A stretch of 64,000 bases of DNA from NCBI GenBank assembly GCA_964016885.1, contig OZ024748.1, positions 9,920,001 through 9,984,000 of the forward strand, in the 5' to 3' direction. Under the pieces are notes generated by a model that saw nothing but the letters and a program-made list of their open reading frames with translations, ran no database searches and was not told the origin of the DNA. The position numbers and the translations under genes were made by a program. Positions 1 through 22,429 of this stretch are shown piece after piece; the first letter of the stretch is position 1, and every line of letters begins with the position of its first letter. This DNA comes from Eledone cirrhosa (lineage: Eukaryota).

Positions 1-9251
<9,251 letters not shown>

Positions 9252-10201
9252 TTTTCAGCCACACCCTGGAAACGCCATCTACTGACAGGCTAAACTTAGT
9301 GAGGAATTTAGATGGGAGATGGGAACCACCAAATATTTCTAAAGTCAACTGAAATGCTACGATGGACAACACACAGTCAAACATCTAGAGTGACACTCCA
9401 ATGATTGACAGTACCAGTTACTGGAATTTCATTCATTGATAAACTTGAAATTCCTTTGTTCTTTTTTTCCTGGAATTAATGCAGCTGATAACCCTATCTT
9501 CAATAAATATTTATTTATTGCAATAAAGTGTATTACAGTAATAAATTAATAAATAATAAGATAAAATGGATTTGGAATCTGAACTTAGAATTTAATTCAT
9601 TGCAATGGTAAAAATACCGTAAATACACAATATTTTTGACAGCAATTTTTTGTAAACATCCATTATAGAATATTGTCATTTCAAACCCAACATATACATT
9701 GTGCTAAAAATGTGAATGACCAGCTTTCAAAATAATTTTATTCATATCAAATCAAATAAATGTTCAATTTCATTTGACCTTTTGCTATATATGTATCATC
9801 ATCACTGTTTAATGTCCATTTTCCCATGTTAGTATGGGTTAGATGAGTTGTCCCATTGTGAGACAAGTCAGATCATGACTACTCACACAGAACCGTGCCT
9901 TTTATAGTGTCACTAACACAACCACTTTACAGTGTGGATTGGGCTCTTTTTGTCATGTCTCCATGTTTCAGCGAAATTAGGCAGTGAGTCCTATAGTTTT
10001 TGTAGTATCCACTCCATCAGGAATTTCATAACTAGAAACAGGTAGCGATGTAACCACTACCATTCTAGTCGATATATCAATCTTCCACGATCAATTAACC
10101 CTCTGAAACAATCGTAAAACAAGTAATTAATTAACTACCTATCTCTGACTTTTTTGTTTTGTTTTCATTGTTCAATACACACACTCTTATATATATATAT
10201 C

Positions 10202-11476
10202 TCTATATATATAAAACGGAAGATGTCTGTCTGTGTGTGTGTATGATTTTTATGCATTTCCACACTTCTCTATCGATTTTGATGATTTTTTTCCAATGTG
10301 CTCCAAATTTACCAAAGATGGTCAACGCGTAATAAACTTTGCCAAAAATTTCCTGCTTCTATGAAAAAAAATCGATAAAACTAAATACATGCTGTAACCC
10401 TCTCTCTTACACGCTTAATTCCTCTCACTACTACCCTAAAAAATCTATGAAATACTCTCTCTATATATATATCACACACACATATACATCTAAAGAGAGA
10501 AGGGGAGATGTAGAAAGAGAGAGAGATTGAGAATGGCGACACAACGCTGGTTCACACACACACAAACACATATATATATAAAGACAGACAGAGAGAGGGA
10601 GAGAGATCTGCGCGTTCTTTATTGTTCCCCATTCTGTAGAGGAAGAGAAAGAGAGAGGGCGTATGAGTGAGAGAGAGAGAGGGGGAAAAGGGAGAGGGGT
10701 TGAGAAAGAAAGAAAGTTTAAGCAAAGAATCGCTGCTTTCAACATTAACGGGATCTTCTTAAACTAAAAATTCAATCTGTGAACGCAGAATTAAATATTT
10801 CGAGAAACGTTACAACCGAAGGAAAACAGGAAGACGATAGTTTGGTTCGTGAAGACGTTCCCTGGTAATGAACGGAAAAAAAGCGAGGATGATATGTCGT
10901 TATGTGGACCGAGTCGTTAGACTCCATTTATACCACAAATGATTTCCATCCCCGGAGTTTAAGAATGATGTAAATAAAATTGTAAACGAAAATGACAGTT
11001 GTTTCTACTTTTGGCACAAGGCCAGCAATTACCCAGTACATTACTGGTACTTTATTTTATCAACCCCGTAAGGATGAAAGGCAAAGTTAACCTCGACGGG
11101 ATTTTAACTTTGCCTTAAAATAGTAAAAGTAAATAGTGTGTGTGTGTGTAAACCTTATGCATTTCTACAGTATTTTCACCAAACTTAAGACATAGGTTAC
11201 TTATGTACTCCGGATGGTCATGGGTACTTTCATTTTTCCAGATATTGATTATAGGGCCTCCCGGCAGATAACCTCCTTTAACCATTTCCTTGGAGTTGAC
11301 TGAAGCACTGCAGTGCAATGCAACAAAACGTCATAACTTCTGGAGTTCGCAACCGATTTTCACAAAACTTGACACATGGGCTACGTTTGTTCTACAGATG
11401 AATGTGAAAGGAACTTAACATTGTAACTTTAACACAGCTATTGAGCAGCCCCGAGCAACGCCGGGCTTTACTGCTA
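10202..11476 (+). mobile_element. Non-autonomous Helitron-like element
   Basis: 5' TCTATATATATAAAA followed by GTCT/GT microsatellite; 3' GC-rich hairpin CCCGAGCAACGCCGGG about 8 nt before a CTA end; contains a SINE fragment at ~10998-11115. Confidence 0.65.
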
Positions 11477-11945
11477 TAGGCGATAAAGTTGTGCAGACAG
11501 ACAGTCGTGCAGAGAGGTGATATAGGCGATAAAGTTGTGCAGACAGACAATCGTGCAGAGAGGTGATAGGCGAAGAAATTGCATTTTTTGTTTGTTTTTG
11601 ATGTCCATCCAATTTCTTTGTTTCAAAATAACTGATAGTTTGGTTACGCTGATGTTTTTTTCTGAGGCAAGTGTTGCAGTGTTTACATTTTCGATTTTTG
11701 TTAATAGATTACCAGTGCAGTTTTTATCCCCAGCATCCTCTTTTGATTTAACATTCGAGTTGTGGTTATGTTTTCTTAACTTCATAGGGCATACTGTTGG
11801 TTGAGGGAATATTAATCAAAAGTACCACATGAAAGTCTACACTGTAGACTTTACAGTTTTTAAGCCAAGAAAGGAACTTAAAATTGTAACTTTAACACAG
11901 CTACTGAGCAGCCCCAAGCAACGGCAGGCTTTATATATATATATA

Positions 11946-13250
11946 CAGGGTGCGGACGATATTTGTTCGCAAGATTACTGTCTAGGAAAAAATAACACAG
12001 TAGTTTTAATTTTTAAGATATATTTATCAAACTTGGGTAAGTTTGTCTTCATGACTTGTTCTTTCGATCTCACTCGATAAACCCGCCATTGGCTATGATG
12101 ACGGCCTCAAGGCGGCCTCGGAACTGGCTACAGGCCTTCGTCACTGTCCCCTGACTTAGGCCCCTAAAGGCACTTGTGATCCTTGCCTTCAGATCGTCTT
12201 TCGTATTGCAGCTAGATCTGTTAGTGTCTTGTTCCACTGCGCCCACACAAAGAAGTCGAGGGGGGTTGCAGTCGGCGAGCTGGGAGGCCAGATGTCAGGT
12301 GAAATGTGGTCGACGAAGTTCTCTGACAGCCAGGCTTGGGTCTTTCAGCTGGTATGGCAGGGCGCTGAGTCTTGCTGCCACACGTACGACCCACCTGCAG
12401 CTACCTGGTCAATCCAGGGCTTTACTACGTCACTCAGAACGCAGATGTAGCCATCGGTGTTCAGCTTGAGGCCCTCAGGGAAGAAGTGAGGTGGCATGGC
12501 GTTACCTTGATGGCTGACGACACCTAAGACCAATGTTGTCACTGGAAACTTTGTCTGCATGACTCTGGGCACGTCTTTGGATGAGACAGTGTGCCACCTG
12601 TTGTTCTGGGAGTTGATCTTCTGGTCTTGGCAGAAGTTTTTCTCGTCGGAGAAAAACCACAGCATGTCTGGCTCCAGTGGGTGTTTCAACTTGTTGATCA
12701 GCTTCTTTGCGTGCTTCAGTCGCTTTTCTTGTATCGCTTTGACAGAAATTGTCCTTTCCTCATCTTGTATGAAACATAGCGAATGTCTTCATGTACCACC
12801 AGCCTAATGAGCTTTTCATCCACGCCTTTCTCCCTTGCAATGGCACGCATCGACTTGCTAGATTCATTATTGATGATATCCTGAACTTCAGCGACGAACT
12901 CGGGAGTTCTGAAGGGGTCAGATCGTCGATCGTGTGTTTTCCTCTCTGATGTTGCTTCGTAGTTGAATCCTGAATCTTCCAATTCCTTTCTGACCTTTTC
13001 CACCATTCTCCTGCTGACGCAGAGAAAGTCTGGAATTTCCTTATTTGTCCTCCCGGCGCGGATGCCAAGAAGAACTCCGTGTCTCTTCCACAAATTTGGA
13101 GGTTCAAAATTATTCATAATCAATTATTCTGAAAATAAATAATGGAAATATAGTCACTGTTTTTATGAAGACAAGAGTTACAACGGAAGTAAAAAAAATT
13201 TGCATAAAATTAGCAGTTGAAAATTGCGAACAAATATCGTCCACACCCTG
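11946..13250 (-). mobile_element. Full-length DD37D (maT) transposon with pseudogenised transposase
   Basis: 27-bp TIRs (CAGGGTG[C/T]GGACGATATTTGTTCGCAA) and TA flanks; HTH N-terminus, FSDEKNF, QQDSAPCH and SPDCNPLD with 37 residues between the 2nd and 3rd D; one frameshift and one stop. Confidence 0.93.
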
Positions 13251-13320
13251 TATATAGTGGAAGAACACTGGAAAGTAATATCCGTAGTGGTAGAGCACTC
13301 AGTCCATGGGGCGAGTTAGG

Positions 13321-13449
13321 TAGAAGTGGTTACACAACAGTTAGTTCACCATACCGAGAACAATTGTTTCACCTTTACGAGCTGAGGATCCTCTAAGGTG
13401 AAACAATTGTTCTCGGTATGGTGAACTAACTGTTGTGTAACCACTTCTA
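13321..13449 (+). ncRNA. Perfect 55-bp fold-back containing a minimal hammerhead-ribozyme motif (13376-13418)
   Basis: Arms 13321-13375 and 13395-13449 are exact reverse complements; TACGAG-CTGAGGA-TCCTCTAAGGT-GAAAC-AATT-GTT-CTCGGTA. Confidence 0.65.
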
Positions 13450-16400
13450 TATATATATATGTTTAGCAATTAAGGAGAACCAACAGCAGTTGTGAAACTA
13501 GAATGACCTAAGAAAATAAAACTACCGTCCACAAATTCAATAGCTATCACCCCCCCCCCCCCCTCCCTTACATTTCTGTTTTCTCGTTATGTCAGGCCAA
13601 ACTGTTTATTTTAGATTCATGTCTTTGTTTTTTTTTCAGATTTAGATTATATATGTTGTATGTAGAATGGCTGTTGGTAAAAACTTAGTGGCATTTTATT
13701 AAAATTGTGCTGAACAAATACAAAGATTTTGGCATTATTTCAAGATAATATATAAGAGCTGTTAAAGATTATACCAGTCTAAAAGGACATTCACTTAATT
13801 GTAGAACTATGAAGCCTTATTTGCCAATTGCATTAATGATTTTTTATAGTCAAGATGTCAATATCCAAGAATTTTTAGGTTTAAAAGATTTCCAAATTGT
13901 TGCACATTGATTTTTGGGGCTCTGAACTATCCCCCAAAGCAGGGATTTTCATATCAAGCCATTTTCATGGGAGGCAAATAGATTCTTACATCAGTTTAAA
14001 ATACTTTAAGTCTCTTTTGCTAGTCTCACCTCCAGGTGCACTTTCAGAATATGTATAGTTTTATGTTTTCAACTTCATGATAAGTAGTTATCATGGTTAA
14101 AAATTGTTTTTTTAAATGTGCATTTTTACACTTTTTCACTTTTACCATTTCTTAACCCCTCTTGGTGTACTGAAAATCAGGCCTATTGGGTAATCGAATT
14201 AAAGTGTTCTGTCAAGTTTCTAATCCATACTGCATGATTAGAGAAGATGAGGTGTTCAATAGTTGTTGCTATTCAGTATCAGCCACCTAACTTTTGAGTT
14301 TTTTTCAAAAATAGCCCCCAAGCCCACGATAATTTTCAGTTAACATTTTTTTTAAATGGCAAGCTTTTAGTGTCTGAGGGAGTTCAGATGGTGGAGATTA
14401 AGGAAATCAAGTTCCAAAGACATAAGATAAAAGCCACTCGGAGTAATAGGTCTCTGAATTCAATATTTTCAAATTTTCTTAAATTGCCCAAATTTTTAAA
14501 TGGGCATAAAATTTTATTCGTAAAAGCTATAGAACTGACATTGCTTTCCAGCATAGTTACGTCCTTTTACGATGAGTTCAAATCCTGCCGAGGTTGACTT
14601 TGCCTTTCATCCTTACGGGGTCGATAAAATAAAGTACCAGTAATGCACTGGATAATGCTGGCCTTGTGCCTAAAGTAGAAACAATTACTTATATAAATGG
14701 TGAACATTTGAAGACCTACATGACGCCCCACCGCTTATCTTTCGCGGTATATATGTATGTATATACATATACATGTGTGTAGCTATTTTTATTTACAAAA
14801 TAATAACGGGCCAGTCTCGTTTATAATATAGTCATGTGTAAATACGGAGCCTAATTTCACAACACTAAATATTTTAATGAATAACACCCTCTTCTCTCTT
14901 TCTTTATGTCTACATCGGTCTTAGAAGACAAACCGGTGTTAATTGTGTCACTTCATGTTCCGTTAGCAGTTCGACAATTAGAGATCAATAAAAATAATCT
15001 ACTAAACTGAAATAAATAAATAAAACTGTGTCAATTTATTATCAATCGATCAAAAACATTTTTTTAAAAATGTAGTTGGCTTGCTTTAACAACGGGAGTA
15101 GGTATCTTTATTAAGGTGAAATAGTATTAATTTATTAAACATAACACCAACAACTTCAGCATTGCTGAGCAGCAATCACTTCTTTCTTTATCACGACTAA
15201 TTAATGTCTTCACTGGCAATCAAGTATGACTTAGAAAAGGTAATATGCTTTCGCTAAAGGTTGTAGGTGTCCATGCTGTCGCTAGTAAACATAGACACCC
15301 TCTCGACTCTCCCTTCATTCAATACAATATCTACAAAGGAGAAAGAAAATGAAAGGCAAAGTGGACATCGGCAGAATTTGAACTCAGAAATCAGATCCTC
15401 GGAACAAATATGTAATGCTTTAGTTGTAGTGCACCTGAGCACTGTACACAATAATTGTTCATTTTTTTCATTATTAAAAGGTTTAACCCCAACTGACAAG
15501 ATTGCCAAATCTATCATCTTTGAAAGAAAAAAAAAAAAAAAAGAGTTATTTTAGTAATAAAAAACATCGTTATTTTCACCTTTATTTAATCTGTGGTATC
15601 TAAATTCTTGTAGAGCCCTCGTGGACCTGGTTACTGACACACTGCCATTGAGGGTCACCAAATAAATGAAAGAACTGACAAATAACTATACGGTTAAAAA
15701 TTAACAGAGGAATTGATTAGTTACTTGATTAATAATTGTTGCTACTTTTGGCACAAGGCCAGCAATTATCTCAGTGTATTACTGGTACTTTATTTTATCA
15801 TCCCGTTGATTAATAATAAAACCGAAACTCAACTGGCGCGTGTAGTTTTGGTACATTTTTGGAATTATACCCGTCTTTGAATAGTTATTTAATTTTAGTT
15901 TATTATAACTATAGTGATTTATTAAATAAGCACAGGACCTGAAATATAGGGAAGGAGTATAATTATATATTTTATCTCGAGATTTGATCTCGGTAGTGAC
16001 TGAAACCCAAAATAAGGCATTTTGTCGGAGTCCCCCGTGAAGACAGTTTTACCAAATGTTTTCTTTCTTTATTGATAAACACAACTTATATATAAACACA
16101 ATTTAAATAATATATAAACACAGTTTATATATTTATTTAATCAAAACGAAATATTTCTTTTATTTCGTATTAGCTTAAAATTACAAACACAAATGCCATT
16201 GCTGTCAAAATTCAACACATACACACATATATCTCGACTACATCAATATTTCCTATGGAAATATAGAATGAAAACGAAAGTAAATATTAATTTAATATTC
16301 ACACACCACCACAAGGGGTGCCGGAGCCGCCCTCTAATACGGGTAGTATTAAAGAGTTCTGAAACTAATGCTTTCATTATAAAGTACCAGTAATACACTG

Positions 16401-17264
16401 AGTAATTGCTGGCCTTGTGCCTAAAGTAGAAACAATTATTAAATATATTTTACCAGTAATGCACTGGGTATTTGCTGGCCTTGTGCCTAAAGTAGAAACA
16501 ATTATTTATATTTTACATTACTTTCATTATTGTGAAGAAAAGAAATCGCTAAAATAATGTTTTGTCTAAAAAATATTTTATTTTTGAACTTAAATACGTG
16601 GCCCATTAGGGTAGTTTGAATACAACAACATTGGCCAAATATATTTTATATCATCTTAAACCACAAAACCGAACAGCTACGTTGTTAACAAGATCTAAAA
16701 ATATCGTCTATGACAACAAACAGTCGCAGCACTGCATAAATGTGTGTGGTTCTTCTTTTGATTTATTCTTTTGTAAATAATAAACATTATGTAATTGAAT
16801 AAAATATTCCAACATATTGATACTAGCTTATTTCTAGGGAGTGGAAGTGGTACAATAATACTCAAATATCGTGAATTGAATTATAATAGAGGAACAGACC
16901 TTTAATTAAGTGATTTGAAAGAGATTTGGCTGCTATTTCTAGCAGATTCACCTATCACACAGAGGCATCTTTGTTCATTTATTTTTAAAAAAAAACGACC
17001 AAATCACATATTTATAACAATAAAGAAATATACATTGGATAATGTAGTCCTAGATGTTCCTAGAAAACTAAAAATAGACTGTTATAGCTGGAAGATTTTA
17101 AGACAGTTGAATTAGACTTGGTATTATAGAAACAAAGAGAGCATTAATTAAAAATCTCCTCCACATAATCACTACATATATATATTGTGTTTAAAATAAA
17201 TTTAAAGTTTCTTACTACCATATTACTTGTCTCATATATTATATTATATATAATAATTACATAC

Positions 17265-17455
17265 CTTCTGCCGCTTGATGTGTTCATGTTTCTTGTTTAT
17301 TTACAGCAGCTGATCAGCTCTCTCTCTCTCTCTTCGTCGTCCAAACTTCAAAATTAATCAAGTGGTTTCTGTCTGATAAAAACTGCCGTTGCTGGAGTTA
17401 TTATCAGAACAGGACCAAACATTTCTTGCCGTATAACAGTAGAATCCGATTGGTG
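17265..17455 (-). promoter_or_regulatory. Possible non-coding first exon/promoter of UPP
   Basis: Non-repetitive stretch ending in a good donor (GAAG|gtatgt at 17264) with a CCAAT box at ~17449-17453 on the minus strand; no transcript evidence. Confidence 0.3.
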
Positions 17456-17594
17456 AGACATTAAGTCATACTCATATAATCCATTTAATACTTTCTTTAT
17501 TCAATGAAATCTTTAATAATACTTCTCTCATACACATACACAAACTATGACAATGATAATGATACACACACATATATACACACATACATACTAA

Positions 17595-17820
17595 AGTCTG
17601 TCTTAAGCCAGAAGGCGCATTTGGCCGGTGCTTATCCTGGTTTCATGGCGTGAAGTGACAGAATACAAGGCTTCCCCCTAGACAAGATGCCAGTCCCTTG
17701 CAAGGTTAAACCCCCAGCTATTGCTGGTACTCATTTTCAGCTAAGTATACTGGAGCAACATGAAATAAAGTGTTTTGCTCAAGAACACATGCAACCCAGG
17801 AACTGAACCCACAACATTCT
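17595..17820 (-). repeat. SINE fragment (family also at ~39650-39790 and ~41050-41190)
   Basis: Shared ...ctggagcaac[a/g]tgaaataaagtgt.ttgctcaagg... core adjoining a reverse B-box-like sequence. Confidence 0.6.
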
Positions 17821-17829
17821 GATATATAT

Positions 17830-18380
17830 ATAAGCGTTCTGAAACGAGAAAGACTTGGTAATTGCTATTATTAAGGCCAAGGTTTCCCTGAAAAACCCCA
17901 AATATGTGAAGTGTAGATTTATCGGCTAAATACACTTGTTAGAGTTGGGAGTGTACTTCACCCTCCACTTCTCTAGAAGTAAGCAATGAAAGTTTTGTCA
18001 GACCTTGTATCAGGGAGAGTCTTGGTCTTCTGGCCCTCTACCACAATAGAGATGGATTTTCCTGAATACTCCAGTTGTTGGGTTGCAGCATTTTGATGCT
18101 TGCTTTTCTTCCTCACAGACAGCTTCCAAATGTCTTGTTTCTGATATTTTCTACATAGGGAATATTTTGCTGTACACTTAGGATGTTGGGGACCGCCACA
18201 CCACAACCAGGTTGATTTACTGGTTGCAAAAATTGGAGAAGACTGAGTTGTACCTTGAACAAGCTTTCATGTATCTTCAATTGCTTGTTCCAAGGTAACT
18301 GCCATCTTGTACAGATTGTGAAGGCTATCATCTGAGTATTCCAGTAGTCTTTGACGGATTCAATTTGATCTTACTCACCT
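17830..18380 (-). mobile_element. Degenerate LINE-like coding remnant
   Basis: Fragmented Trp/Lys-rich frames typical of the post-RT region of non-LTR elements; family not determined. Confidence 0.35.
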
Positions 18381-18484
18381 ACATATTTTGCAATTGAATA
18401 AAATTGTAGTAATACTCAAATTATTATTATAAAAAGGCTTTTTACACAATCTAATAAAAAATATAAATATAACAGCTAGAAATA

Positions 18485-19170
18485 CAGTAGAACCTCAGTT
18501 CACCAACACCTCTCATCATGAACAAATCGGTTCATAAACAATTTTTCCAAACAAAACATATCTCGGTTTACAAACAGTTTTGTAGCGGTTGTCTCCCTTG
18601 TTTGGATTAACATCTGGACGGGAAGTGGAACCCTTTCTGTAAATCCCGGCAGAGCCCTATAAAACGAATAGCTCTTATCTCTCTGCCTCTCATTGCCCTT
18701 TCGGCACCAGGCCAAGAGCCTCTCATTTGGCCTTCCGGCGCCTGGCTGGCCTTAGCCAGGCGTCCTCTGCCAGCCGCGTTTGCCTGGCAATCAAAACGGT
18801 AACGACTAACTTTGTTTCATTCTATCATCTATTTCTTTGACATGTCAACTATACTATCTACCATTGTTAATTAAATATTATACACACAAACCATGTCTCG
18901 TTTTGTTACATTCATGCAACCCAGTATCCTCGCTATAGTTTTAAGTAATGAATACACAAGCCGGTATCAAGCTTGGAGTATCGTTGGGCAAGCATCACTT
19001 GCTGTGTAGTTAGTTACTATGGTGATATCTATCTGCCTTTCACACACAGTCTCTCTTTCACTGTATTTCTCTCTCAACATTTTGTATGGGAAAAATAGTT
19101 TCAGTTTACGAACATTTCAGATGATGAACAGCCTTCAGGAATGAATTAAGTTTGGTTAGAGGTTCCACTG
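18485..19170. mobile_element. Tigger/pogo-like non-autonomous DNA transposon (MITE)
   Basis: TA|CAGTAGAACCTC ... GAGGTTCCACTG|TA terminal inverted repeats, with repeated subterminal (c/t)gaaca motifs. Confidence 0.75.
18581..18937 (+). mobile_element. Solo LTR (Gypsy-like) nested in the MITE
   Basis: TGTAGCG...CGCTATA ends, GTTT 4-bp TSD on both sides, internal TATAAAA box and ATTAAA signal. Confidence 0.75.
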
Positions 19171-19415
19171 TATATGTGTGTATATATACATATGAAGACT
19201 GCTTCATCTAGTCAGATGGTAACCATCTCAACATCACCTCAATCATTCCAGCAATCATACGTGATTATCTAATGCAACAGAAGGTACTAATTCCACATGT
19301 ATGAGATGAAAGAATGGTATTTAACTAATTCCACGTGTTTGGAAACAAACTTAACCACACAGCCATCAACCATGCTTGTGCCTATTTTTTAATTATTATT
19401 TATCATTATTATTTA

Positions 19416-19610
19416 AGGCCGGTGGTTTGGCAGTATTGGTAGAGCGTCAGACGCCATGTTTTGAAGCATAGAGTTATGGCCCTTTACGTCATATCTTCAA
19501 ATCCTGCCAAGCTTAGCTTTGCCTTTCATCCATATGGGACCCAATAAAATAAAGTATCAGTAATGCACTGGGGTAATAGCTGGTCTTGTGCCAAAAGTAG
19601 AAACATTATT
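19416..19610 (+). repeat. tRNA-derived SINE
   Basis: A-box TGGCAGTATTGG, B-box-like TTCAAATCC, and shared body ctttgcctttcatcc...aaaataaagtaccag...ggccttgtgccaaaagtagaaac; other copies at ~14540-14690, ~29272-29465 and ~54570-54720. Confidence 0.75.
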
Positions 19611-20199
19611 TATATTTGTTTGTTTTATTATCTTCTGGAAATCCTGATTCGTTGTGATTCACTTCAGTTGTATTCAAAGATTAGAGTTGATATTTCTTAG
19701 AAATTAACCTTCTACTTTGGTTTCTTTCATTTCATAAGTATGTGTGTTTGTATATGTATGCATATGGAAGGGTGTGTGCATGAATATGTCTATGTATGTA
19801 TCTGAGCATTTGTAAGTGCCTGTGAGTGTAGCTACACATTTGGGTATGTGTGCATCCTTCAACTTGGCTTTTGTACTCAATTATTCAATTTGTCTAACCT
19901 TATCTTAACTGATTTACCTTTGACACACACATACGGATTATATATATATATATATATGTTTTGAAACAGTGAGCAAGTTTGAAATTAGAAAATAGAAGCT
20001 TTCACCGTATTTTTTTGACTAAAGAAATTTTAGCCTGATAGTGGGGTTTAGAACCCTCAGAGAAATGGAAAAAGATGAGTATTGACGTACAATGTACGTC
20101 AATACTCATCTTTTTCCATTTCTCAAAAAAATACGGTGAAAGCTTATATATATGTGAGAGAGAGGGAGAGGGAGTAATATACATGTAATAGTAGTATAT

Positions 20200-20790
20200 A
20201 TGAATGGCAAAGCATAAACAAATTTAGAGAGACTAGGCATAAGAGGAATCAAATAGTGTGCAGAAGAGGAGATTAAGTTGGAATGGACCTGTGATGTAAA
20301 TAAAGAATGACAGCTGCAAAGTGCTAAAAGGCACTGGAAGCCTTGGTGTGGGGAGACCCAAGAAGACCTGGGATGAGGTGATAAAAGCTGACCATGCCCA
20401 AGTGCTCCTCTCAAAGGCAGTAACACAGGGCCGAGACCTCTGGCGTCATGCAGTAATACAGAAGCCCCGACTTCCCACTGGTATAAGCCGAAGCTGAAGC
20501 ATATAGACAGTATGCCCCCACCCCCTCCCACTGTAAAGTGGTTGTGTAGGTGTTATGACAAAAAGCACCCAGTCCACACTGTGAAGTGGTTGTGTAGGCG
20601 CCACGATAAAAAGCACCCAGTACTCACTGTACATGAAGTTGGTGTTAGGAAGGGCATCCAGCTGTAGAAATCAAACAAAAATCAGTTCTGTATGAGCAAG
20701 ACATGATCACCTGACCTGGCATTGCCCACAACAGGACAACTCGTCTAACCCATGCTAACGTGGAAGAATGGACATAAAAGGGTGATGATA
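20200..20790 (+). mobile_element. RTE LINE 3' fragment
   Basis: GRPKKTW-type C-terminus and 3' UTR homologous to 4900-5400, with a (GAT)n tail. Confidence 0.75.
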
Positions 20791-20805
20791 AGATATATAT
20801 ATATA

Positions 20806-22078
20806 CAGGGTGTGGACGATATTTGTTCGCAATTTTCAACTGCTAATTTTATGCAATTTTTTTTTACTTCCGTTGTCATTCTTGTCATCATAAAAACAGT
20901 GACTATATTTCCATTATTTATTTTCAGAATAATTGATTATAAATAATTTTAAACCTCCAAATTTGTGGAAGAGACACGGAGTTCTTCTTGGAATCCGCGC
21001 CGGGAGGACAAATAAAGAAATTCCAGACTTTCTCTGCGTCAGCAGGAGAATTGTGGAAAAGGTCAGAAAGGAATTGGAAGATTCAGGATTCAACTACGAA
21101 GCAACATCAGAGAAGAAAACACATGATCAACGATCTGACACCTTCAGAACGCCCGAATTCGTCGCTGAAGTTCAGGATATCATCAACAATGAACCTAGCA
21201 AGTCGATGCGTGCCATTGCAAGGGAGAAAGGCGTGGATGAAAAGCTCATTAGGCTGGTGGTACATGAAGACATTCGCTACGTTTCATACACGATGAGGAA
21301 AGGACAATTTCTGTCAAAGCGATACAAGAAAAGCGACAGAAGCACGCAAAGAAGCTGATCAACAAGTTGAAACACCCACTGGAGCCAGACATGCTGTGGT
21401 TTTTCTCCGACGAGAAAAACTTCTGCCAAGACCAGAACAGGTGGCTCGCAGTCTCATCGAAAGACGTGCCCAGAGTCATGCAGACAAAGTTTCCTGTGAC
21501 AACATTGGTCTTAGGTGTCGTCAGCAGTCAAGATAACGTCATGCCACCTCACTTCTTCCCTGAGGGCCTCAAACTGAACACCGATGGCTACATCCGCGTT
21601 CTGAGCGAGGTAATAAAGCCCTGGATCGACCAGATAGCTGCAGGTAGGCCGTACATGTGGCAGCAAGATTCAGCGCCCTGCCATACCAGCTGAAAGATCC
21701 AAGCCTGGCTGTCAGAGAACTTCGTCGACCACATTTCACATCTGGCCTCCCAGCTCGCTTGACTGCGACCCCCCTCGATTTCTTTGTGTGGGGCGCAGTG
21801 GAATGAGACACCAACAGATCTAGCTGCAATACGAAAGACGATCTGAAGGCCAGGATCACAAGTGCCTTTAGGGGCCTAAGTCGGGGGACAGTGACGAAGG
21901 CCTGTAGCCGGTTCCGAGGCCGTCATCAAAGCCAATGGCGGGTTTATCGAGTGAGATCGAAAGAACAAGTCATGAAGACAAACTGACCCAAGTTTGATAA
22001 ATATATCTTAAAAAATAAAACTACTGTGCTATTTTTTCCTAGACAGTAATCTTGCGAACAAATATCGTCCGCACCCTG
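20806..22078 (+). mobile_element. Near full-length DD37D (maT) transposon copy, inverted relative to 11946-13250
   Basis: Same TIRs and TA flanks, same frameshift and stop, plus small private deletions. Confidence 0.93.
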
Positions 22079-22429
22079 TATATATATGAAATAAACATTA
22101 AGACAGAAGTTACATGATTATATTTAAATATGATTAAGTAACTTCTACCGTAACATTTATTTCATACATAGTAACTCAGTTACGTTTGATCGCCACCTGA
22201 CGTGGAATGCTTTTACCTGCTTACACCTGTTAATCAACAAGAAGGTATTATGGAACCCTTATGGATAAACAACACAGCAGCTAGCAACTATATATACAGA
22301 GAGAGCGAGAAATATATATATATATCCAGGGGGTCTTACTTGGAGTTACTGCAGGTTCACCCGGGAGAGCACTCGATGTTTAGGTTCACTTCTGTGGTGA
22401 GGTGTAGAGCTATACAGAGTGTAATATAG

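Noticed and set aside
22085-22166. Imperfect AT-rich hairpin next to the maT end
   Set aside because: No ribozyme core or TSD found; too degenerate to assign, though it may be another TA-embedded insert
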